Assembly: GCF_030684315.1 (NCBI RefSeq)
Contig: NC_081391.1
Coordinates: forward strand, 21,164,629 to 21,228,628
Length of the DNA: 64,000 nucleotides
Origin: Stegostoma tigrinum
Taxonomy: Eukaryota
Direction: 5' to 3'
A program made the translations under genes and the position numbers. The notes beneath the pieces were generated by a model that did not search any database, was not told the DNA's origin, and was given only the letters and a program-made list of their open reading frames with translations. Below are positions 54,013 to 64,000 of this stretch, piece after piece; position 1 is the stretch's first letter, and the number at the start of each line of letters is the position of its first letter.

Positions 54013-56088
54013 ATGGGGTCAATAATGTGTATGTTGTACATGGTGACATAATGCTAGTAACTTGGTTGTGCTCTGAGCAAATTAAAATAGTGTTCACCAT
54101 GCAACTGAGTACTTTGCATAATTTCACAGCTGCTTCTGGCTCTTGGTATTGCTGTTTGACACCTGATCATGAAGTGTTTTTCTGTCTGATTAACCTTTGA
54201 TTCAATGCCTGCCCCACTGGCTTGCTCCTTTTCTCTTGTTTGTAGGAATTAGGTGGGCAATCCTTGTAGTGGAAATTCCACAAGTGTTCAGTTTGGGTTT
54301 TTTTGGCTAGTAAGCAGTGTTGTATTGACTTCTTTATTCCAAACCAGCTTCTGGTCAATATCTTCAGTGAAACCAGCCCCCTGTCTCAATGTTAGACACT
54401 GCCCTTGCAAATGTTTAGGTCTCTTTTGTAAATAAGCAGGGGCAGGAAATAGCAAGTTTGGGGAGCATCTGTGGAGAGAAAACTGTTCAGTCCCAGGACC
54501 CAAGCTTTCCAGCAATTTTGTTGTCGCACTTCAAATCTAATGATTTGAGCATACATTCACTCTTTTTGGAACAGGAATATATATAGCAGAACATCCAGCA
54601 TTTCAGATGCACTGATCTTTAGCATTTAGATAAGCAATTGTGTCCAGATCTGGGAAATTGGTTTCTCTCTTTTGCTGCGGTGGTGGAAGGAGTGAGGGCA
54701 GTGGCTGTTTGTAGGAGAATGGCAAAGTTTGTTTTCTTGTGTATCAGTCTCTCTGCTTCTAGACAATGATCCTGATTAGGTAATGAAGCAGTCCCCACCT
54801 TCGAGCCCCTGTGGTAGAACTTCTATCACTTCTCTGCAGTCTAAGGACGCCAAATGCTCATGACACCAGGAGAAAATAAAGCTCGAACCCAAATGCCACT
54901 GGCAGAAAGCAGCAGTTCCTATTCTTAGCAAGGAAATAAGCTCTCCTGATGTAGATTGACTGACTGGAATGTACCTACACCTGCAGAGCACTCTGGCTGC
55001 CTAATTACTGATGCTCAGGGGTGACAGATTCCTTTATAAAAAGGATGAGGATGTCTCTGAGCTGACACCATTTATCCATTTCCGATTGCCCCCCGCCAAA
55101 GCCAGGTCAGAGTGTCACGCTTTGCTGTGGTTGCAGTGTCATATGCAGGCCAGACTAAGTAAGGATGCATTTTTTGACACTGAATTTAATGCTAGTCATC
55201 AGTTTCTTAATTCTAGAACTCCAGAGAGTTGTTGCACAGAATTAGAAGATCAGTCCACCACTCCAGAAATGTGATGGCCTCCCGCTGCCACCAGCCACGA
55301 GATTCATTCTTTGCACCACTGACACACACAGAGTACACTGTGTACTGCCTCCCAAAAGCTGCAGAAATCCACCATCGCTCCTGAGACAATACTTTCCATA
55401 GCCCTAATTACGTGCCATGGGAGAAAAGCATCTGATACAGGGGAACACCACCCCCTCTAACTACTCCACCAAGCGACATGCCATCCTGAGTTGGAAACGT
55501 GACCCGCCATGCTCCAGGGTTGGTGGATCAGAATCCTGGAATTCCCTGACTCAGAACATTATGGATCTGACGACAGCAAATAGGCAACAGCAATTCAAGA
55601 AGGAAAGCTACCACATTCTCTCATGGTGAGCCTGATCTCAGACCGGGTCCAATACCTCGGGATGGGCCTTCTTTTGTGAAATTGTCAAGTCCTAGTTCAA
55701 CCCCATCTGGAGTGCACTGTTCCAGTAGGTTCAATCCAAAGATGCTTATGCACAGAATTTCTGGAATGAACCTGGGCAGAAAGTTAATTGGCTACGATGA
55801 TAATAGTTTTCCCAAGTCTCTCGGTGTAGAAGTGGAAGGGATGTCTGTGCTTGAAATTTACAAGTGGATTCATGGATTTGATAGGGTAGATAGAGAGATC
55901 CTGCTTCTTTTCAATTCCATTCCAGGACCGAGAGTGGGGAATATGATTACATTCCTAGTAGTAGAAGTAAATCATCCATGATAAAGCAAAAAACAGCTGC
56001 TTTTTGGAAAGGATAATATGTGAATGAGCAGTTAGATATTTATTCGGTAAGATATTGATGTTGCCAATCACTTTCCCATTGCAACATA

Positions 56089-57250
56089 TGACCAAACAGG
56101 TAGATGAGAGAAAACCGGTTGATGTGGTGTATATGGATTTCGGCAAGGCTTTCGATTAGGCTATTGTACAAAATACGGAGGAATGGGATTGTGGGAGATA
56201 TAGCAGTTTGGATCAGAAATTGGCTTGCTGAAAGAAGACAGCGTGGTGGTTGATGGGAAATGTTCATCCTAGAGACCGGTTACTCGCGGTGTACCGCAAG
56301 GGTCGGTGCTGGGTCCACTGCTGTTTGTCGTTTTTATAAACGTAGAAGGATGGGTTAGTAAATTTGCAGACGACACGAAGGTCGGTGGAGATGTGGATAG
56401 TGACGAAGAATGTTGTAGGTTACAGAGAGACGTAGATAAGTTGCAGAGCTGGGCTGAGAGGTGGCAAACGGAGGTTAATGCGGACAAGTGTGAGGTGTTG
56501 TACTTTGGTAGGAGGAACCGGAAGGCAAAGTACTGTAAGATTCTTGGTAGTGTAGATGAGCAGAGAGATCTCGGTGACCATGTACACAGATCCTTGAAAG
56601 TTGCCACCCAGGTTGACAGGGTTGTTAAGAAGGCATACAGTGTTTTAGCTTTTATGAATCCAGGGATCATGTTCCGGAACCAAGAGGTTATGCTGCAGCT
56701 GTACAAAACTCTGGTGCGGCCGCACTTGGAGCATTGCGTACAATTCTGGTCACCGCGTTATAAGAAGGATGTGGAAGTTTTGGAAAGGGTGCAGAGGAGG
56801 TTTACTAGGATGTTGCCTGGTATGGAGGGAAAGTCTTACGAGGAAAGGCTGAGGGACTTGAGGCTGTTCTCGTTAGAGAGAAGAAGGTTGAGAGGTGACT
56901 TAATTGAGACATATAAGATAATCAAAGGGTTAGACAGGTTGGATAGGGAGAGCCTTTTCCCTAGGACGGAAACGGCGAGCACGAGGGGGCATAGCTTTAA
57001 ATTGAGGGGTGAAAGATATAGGACAGATGTCAGAGGTAGTTGCTTTACTCAGAGAATAGTAAGGGTATGGAACGCTTTGCCTACAACGGTCGTAGATTCA
57101 CCAACTTTAAGTACATTTAAGTCGTCATTGGACAAGCATATGGACGTACGTGGAATAGTGTTGGTTAGATGAGCTTCAGATCGGTATGACAGGTCGGCAC
57201 AACGTCAGGGCCGAAGGGCCTGTACTGTGCTGTAATGTTCTATGTTCTAT
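56089..57250 (+). mobile_element. CR1-a copy (segmentally duplicated)
   Basis: ORF 56306-57172; same flanks. Confidence 0.93.
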
Positions 57251-58457
57251 AACATAAAAGATTAATGCATTTTGGTTGAGAAACATAGAAAGACAAAACA
57301 GGCTCGATGTTACAAATCTGAGGTGAGTACGGGAGCAGAGGGACTTTGGGTTTCAAGTATGTGATTATCTGAAAGTGGCCGAGCGGGACTAACCTGCTAT
57401 GAAGAAGGCTTTTGTGAAATGTGTGTTTTCAAATAGATGCGGAGAGTATAAAAGCGAGGAATAGATGTTACACCTCCACAAATCATGGGTTAGACCACAT
57501 TTGCAGTACTGTGTTCAGTTCTGGGCATGGTATTTAAGGAAGGACATTAAAGCCCTCGACAGAGTTCAAAGGGCATTTACGAGAATGACACCAGGAATGA
57601 GGGATTTTAGATACAAGGAAAGATGAAGGAAATTGGGATAAATCTCCTTGAAGCATAGTTGATTAAGAGGTGTCCCCGTTGAAGTGACAAAAATAATGAA
57701 CATTCTGGCAGGGTAAAGGAGGATACCCTGTTTTCACCAGTTGATACGGCAGTGATGAGGGGTCACAATTTGTCAGTAAGGGAGCTCTGAGATGAGGACA
57801 AACCTCTCTATTCAGAAGGTTGTTAGGATTTGGAATCTGATGCCTGGGAGAGTGGCGGAGGTAGATCCCATAGGTGGCTTCAAAACAAGAGCTGGATATA
57901 TACTTGGGAGTGACGAATATAGAGGGTATAGGGCTGGAGAGGGGGACTAGGTGGGTAGCTCTTTCGGAAGCCGATACGGACATGATGGGCTGAATGGCCT
58001 CTGTCGTTAAAAATCCTCTGAATGTCCACCCAGGAACTTTTGTAAATTTTGGGTTTGTATTCCTCTCAGTCTTAAATGTCCAACCCAGTCCTCTTACATC
58101 AGGATACCCTGATCCTGGACTCCCCCATCATTGGGAACATCCTTCCTGTCCTTGCCCCGTCTGATCCTGTCACAGTTTTCTATGACCCAGAGCCAATTTG
58201 CCACCTTTCTGTCTCATATCCCAGCACAACAGGCTGAGAAACTGACACCTCTTCTTCATTGACTTCCTCGTGCAGTTTGTCACAACCACCTTAATTTAGA
58301 AACAAAATGTTAAAGCTTTTTTCAATTGCCAGTCATCATCAGTTCTGCCCTTCTCTGTGTCAGTGCGGGATGGCCCCCAGGAGTATAAATACAGAGCTTG
58401 TCGGGGAGCAACTCAGTTCTGGGGTGGTCTTGGTTTTAATGAACAAGGCTAGTGATG

Positions 58458-60866
58458 ATGGCCTCCCAAGCGTGTCAGAACTACCACAAGGACTGTGAGG
58501 ATGCTGTGAACAAGCAGATCAACCTGGAGCTTTATTCCTCCTATGTTTACCTCTCCATGGTGAGACTTGTGATCTTGAATGGTCTATTTCAGTGTTAGGG
58601 CTGTGATATGATTGTACTGAGCCTTTAAGTGGCTTCTTGCTCAATGATTTAGTACTACCATATATCTTGTCTGTTGTCCTTCCTGGAATGAATCCAGTGA
58701 GTGCTCTTAATGCTAATTCTGTAGCAATTTTAAGCTTGTCTTGTGTTGGAGCTGGCTCTTGTCTAGGAGTCCCCAGTATGTTGTAATTCTGGGCAGAGCA
58801 CATTTTTGGTGCTGAGGGATGGCCTGGTTCTGCTTCTTAATTCAACTCCTCCTTCCATGTTGATATCAATGGCCCATTTATATTTGAAATCATTTACATC
58901 CTTGTGGAAGCTTGCATCAGTCCAAATCTAACTTTTTATATCTTGTCCTTTTAATGAAGCCTTTTTTTTAATAAACATCCTAACTGTGATTAACTACTGG
59001 AAATAAAAGACTAAAATGAGCTGCTGGAAAAGCTTAGTGGGTCTGGTAGGATCTGTGGTGAGAAATCAGTTCCTGTTTTTGGTCCGGTGACCTTTCCTTC
59101 ATGGTTTTTAGTTGCTACTTATGAGGAGCAGACTTTTTCCACTCCCAAGATGGATTATCTGGAACAAAAATCAGTCACTGTCTCTTGTGCAGATGAGGTG
59201 TTAGGACAGTGGGGCTAAATCAGATGAGTGATGTTGGTAATGTGAGGAGCTCAGATTTCAGCTTCTCTTGGTCAACATGCACATGTCCCTTCGTTCTGTT
59301 GGACAATGCCCTGATTGGCTTCCAGCACTGGGTAATAGTGTTTCTGACCTGCAGTGCAGGGATGTCTAATGCCTGTTGCCAGCTGTGACCGTCACCGTGC
59401 ACTGTCTCACCAAGTCACCGACCAGGGGTTGTAGCGGGTGCTACTTAATCTTTATTTCTAGATGTTTGAACAAATATCTGTCTAGTTTAGTTTATGGATG
59501 ACCATAAATGTAAATACCTGTCTTCTTACTGTCCATCTAACTTCCATTTCGTGAGCAAAACCAAGCTGAATTGAGTGAAATTTACTTCCCATTTTGTCTG
59601 TTTGCAGTTCTCTCTCTTTGACCAGGATGATGTTGCCCTCCATCACTTTGCTGAGTTCTTCAAGGAGCAGTCCCATGAGGAGCGGGAACACGCTGAGAAA
59701 CTGATGGCATTCCAGAATAAACGTGGAGGCTGAGTCCTCCCGAGGACATCAAGGTTGGATTCTGAGAATGTCTGTCTGTTTGCAGCTTTTTGAGCAGCTA
59801 CAATCGACTGGTATCTCCATCTATTTAGCTTCAGGATTGATCAAATACTATGTCAAGGGCAAGTTGTTCACCAAAACAGGATTTGTTTAGGGAAAAGGGA
59901 AATACTTTGCATTTGTGACTCAATAGCAGAAGGCAATTCAGATGATCCAGGCTACTGGATGGTGAGCACATGTCCCTGTATGTGACTCTATATGGACAAG
60001 GTGAGGTAACAAAAGGTAAGGCTGAGAACTTGCAGCTACAAAAAGCAGCAGCATCCAACCTCACTACATCCAGAAGAGGTTTGTAATGCCTTGGGACCAT
60101 TCTGGTCACTACATCAAACAGTAAAGCAAGGGATTACTTCCATTGCGACTGATTCTAGATACGACTTCTTTCAGAATTCACAGTAACAGTGGGATATGTT
60201 AACATTTCTTTATTCTCAGACCAGCATAAAATCTAGAGGGTTTTTGTATCCAAGTAAAATTTTTTGTCTGAATGTAACCCCTGGAAATGATGAGGGATAA
60301 CTAACTGATCAGATGTAGACTAATGATACAACTGCCTGCTGAGCTGTGCTTTCTGTTCCTGCTTCCCTCCCTCCAGAAGCCAGAGCAGGATGAGTGGGGC
60401 AATGGTCTGGAGGTGATGCAGAGAGCTCTGCAGATGGAGAAGGATGTGAACCAGAGTCTGCTGGATCTGCACAAACTTGCCTCTGACCACATAGACCCTC
60501 ATGTGAGGTTTTATCCCTTTCCTGGAAGAAAGTGATCTGTTTGTGTACTTCCAGGGTGGGGAATCCAATTATTTTTCTATCTGCCTCCTGCAGGATGTTT
60601 AAACAAAACCTTGTGAAGGCATCACTTGCATGCCCCTCCCCCATAGTGAGGTGATGGTCACTTCTGTCATGGGAGGTCACTGACATTTTTTGATCCTTGT
60701 TGGATTAATTTTGTCTTCCAGCTGTGATTTCATGGAGAGGCACTACTTGGATAAGCAAGTGAAGATGATCAAGAAGCTGGGAGATCACATCACCAACCTG
60801 AAGAGACTGGGAGCCCCTGACAATGGCATGGGAGAGTACATGTTTGACAGGCTGCCACTCCGTTGA
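58458..60866 (+). pseudogene. Ferritin pseudogene, type A (copy 9)
   Basis: Exons 58458-58559, 59608-59753, 60377-60502, 60722-60866. Lesions: TGA at 59731; 1-bp deletion in exon 2; 2-bp deletion in exon 4. Confidence 0.93.
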
Positions 60867-63257
60867 ATGGGGTCAATATCTATATCTGTTGTACATGGTG
60901 ACCTCATTCTACTAAATGACTAGTTGTTCTCTGAGCAAATTAAAAGAGTGTTCACCATGGAACTGAGTACAGTGTGTAATTTTCATAGCTTCTGGTTCTT
61001 GGAGGTTTTTTGTGTTTTAACATCTGGTAATCAAATCCATTTTCTGTTCTTTCTTGCAACCTTTGATTCAATGCCTGCCCCAGTAATTTGCTCGGTGTTT
61101 GCTTCTGCTGAGAGTCTGTAGGGATTGAGTGGGCAATCTTGTCCTTGGAAATGCCACAACTGGCAAATATCTGCATTGCAGACAATGCCAGAACAAAATC
61201 TGTCCTCAGCTTTCCCAGGACAATTTTTCAGGACCAGCTTCGGCTCAAAACCATGACTGAAATCTGTCCTGTGCCTAAACATTAGGCATTGCCAAGGCCT
61301 GTCCATTCATTCAATCTTCAGCATTTTTGGAAAAACCAAGCTGACACTGGAAACCAGGAACAAAAGCTGCTGGGAAATCTCAGGTTTGGTAGTGAGAAGT
61401 GTTGAACAGAACCGGGACACGAGACACGTGTTTATCTCTTGACTGATTTTGTTGCCAGGCCATGAGGTGTTTTGCACCTACTTGTTCTCTTGCTTAAATC
61501 CTACTGACTTTAATAGGTCACAAAATTCCTCATTACAAGGATATAAAGTTGACCAATCGTGCAAGGTACACCTGCTTTTCTGCAATTGCTTACCATTTAC
61601 ATGTTTCCTGAGCTAGAGAATTGTTTCTCTGGTATGTCCTTTCCATTCAGTAGAATGAAAGCTCTGCTTTCTCCCTGACAATGCTAATGACTATGGCCTC
61701 TATTAGGCAATGAAGCAGTGCCCACCTTCTAAAGCATCTGCTGTAACTCCTGTCCTTGCTCTGCAATGCAAAGGTGACAAATGCTGAGGACACCTGATGA
61801 CAATAAAGCAAAAACCAAAATACCACTTGCAGAAGTCAGTAGTTCCAATTTCCTTTACATTTAATTGTGAAGAAAATCAGCTTTCTGATGTAATCTGGCC
61901 TCCATGTGGCTCCACACACGCTGCATTGGGTCTAGCTCATTGCTGTCAATCACAATCAGTCACTGGTTTCTAATGGGTGACCACTGACAATTCCTTGACA
62001 GGATAAGGATGTCACTGACCAGGCAGCATTTATCCTCTGTCTGAACTGCCCATGGGCCCATTAGTCAACTACAGTGCTTTAGGCTTGGTGTCATATACTG
62101 GCCAGACCAGGTAAGGATGGCAGTTTGGCAGTTCCCTTCCCTGAATGACTTCAGTGAAAAGGATATTTTATTCAGACTAGGAATTGCATGCTCATTTTTA
62201 GGTTCATAATGCCCAAAGAGAGTTTTTCAGACAGAATCAGGACAATGGGCCTCAGTCCCACACTCCAGAAGCTTAACAGTTGCCAGCTCAGAGCAGCCAC
62301 GAGATTCACTCCTTCCACCACTGACACACAGGGACTGCAATGTGTACTATCACCAAATGTTGCAGAAATCCACCAAAGCTCCCTAGACAACACCTTCCAA
62401 AGCCCCCATTACTTGCCATGGGACAAGGGCAGCAAATACATGGAACACAACCGCCTCTAAGTTCTACACCAAGCCATTCACCATCCTGAGTTGGAAACAT
62501 GGTCCCATTCCCCTAGTGTGCTGGATCAGAATCCTGGAATTCCCTCCCTAACAGCATTGGGGATCTGCCTACACCAAATGGGCAACAGCAATTCAAGAAC
62601 GCAAGCCACCACATTCTCTCATCTAATGTTAGGCCTGATCTCCGAGGGTTTCAACTACCTCTGGCTGATGGTTCTTTTGTGAAATTGTCAAGTTCTAGCT
62701 CAACCACAGCTGGAGTGCTCAGTTCTAACAGCTTCGACCCAAAGATGGTTATGCACAGAATTTCTGCAATGAACTTGGACAGAGAGCTGGTTCATTGATG
62801 ATAACGGTTTGTCCCAGTCCCTCTGTGTAGAAGGTTAAGGGATGGCTGTGTTTGAAATTTCAAAGAGGATTAATGGATTTGACAGAGTGGACAGACAGAA
62901 TCTGTTTCTTGTCTATGGTCATTGAGGACTGTGTGCAAAATAGGATTATAATTTTCACATTACAACTAAATCATCCAGGATAGTGTCAAAAACAGCTTCT
63001 TTGTGGAGAAGATAATATGTGCACGTGCTGTTAGATATTTATTGGGTAAGGCTTGACTTTGACAATCACTTTCTAATTTCAACACTAAAAATATGTGAAT
63101 AACACATTTTGTTTGAGAAACATAGAAAGACAAAACAGGCTCAATGTTACAAATCTGATGTGAGTACAGGATCAGAGAGACTTTGGGTTTCAAGTATGTG
63201 ATTATCTGAAAGTGACCAGCCAAGATGATGCTGTTATTGAGAAGGCTGTGGTGAACC

Positions 63258-64000
63258 AAGCATGTGGATGAGGGAAGGGCAGTTGACGTGGTGTACATGG
63301 ACTTCAGTAAAGCCTTTGATAAGGTTCCACATGGTAGGCTATTGGAGAAAATACAGAGGCAGAGGATTGAGGGAGATTTAGCAGTTTGGATTAGAAACTG
63401 GCTTTCTGTGAGAAGGCAACGAGTGGTGGTTGATGGAAAATATCCAGCCTGGAGTCAGGTCACTCGTAGTGTGCCTCAAGGATCTGCTTTAGGACCACTG
63501 CTGTTTGTCATTTTTATAAATGACTTGGACGCAGGCATAGGTGGATGGGTTAGTAAGTTTGCAGATGACACTAAAGTCGGTGGAGTGGTGGACGGGGTGG
63601 AAGAATGTTGCACGTTGCAGGGAGACTTGGATAAACTGCAGAATTGGGCTGAAAGGTGGCAAATGGAGTTCAATGCAGATAAATGTTAGTTGATTCAATT
63701 TTGGGGGAATAACAGGAAGGCAGAATACCGGGTCAATGGAAAGATTCTTGGCAGTGTGGATGTGCAGATGGATCTTGGTGTCCATGTACATAGATCCCTG
63801 AAAGTTGTCACCAGGTTGATAATGCTGATAAGAAGGCTTACCGTGTGTTAGGTTTTATTGGTAGAGGGATTGAGTTCCGGAGCCGTGATGTCATGCTGCA
63901 ACTGTACAAAACGCTAGTGCGGCCTCATTTGGAATATTGCGTGCAGTTCTGGTCACCCCATTACAGGAAGGATGTGGAAGCATTGGGAAAGGTGCAGAGG
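63258..64000 (+). mobile_element. CR1-b copy (cut by the window edge)
   Basis: ORF 63264-63689 ends in a premature TAG; same 1-bp deletion (accaggttga) as the unit 2 copy. Confidence 0.92.

Larger units (their letters stand above)
55316..64000 (+). repeat. Higher-order repeat unit 3 (partial, runs off the window)
   Basis: Near-identical to 1-8690 and 21757-30440, with the same CR1 insertions and the A-type pseudogene. Confidence 0.9.

Overview
Vertebrate genomic DNA, most likely from a cartilaginous fish (inferred from the repeat landscape and the ferritin sequence). The whole window is a head-to-tail tandem array of 4-exon ferritin genes on the + strand, with coding exons of 102/147/126/147 nt, all phase-0 introns and a 173-aa product. 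There are nine copies of three basic types, in the order A(psi) B(exon 3 lost) C | A(psi) B C' D(psi, no exon 1) C | A(psi). Four copies have intact spliced ORFs (18174, 33004, 39823, 51740). The genes form higher-order repeats of 21,756 bp and 33,559 bp. The shorter unit derives from the longer one by a ~12.1-kb deletion whose junction carries a 298-bp inverted templated insertion in place of exon 3. The proteins keep the full ferroxidase centre but have L/M-chain-like motifs. No iron-responsive element is visible in any 5' UTR. The spacers are nested CR1/L2/SINE/RTE-like fossils that were co-duplicated with the genes. Nearly all other ORFs in the track are spurious or retroelement-derived.
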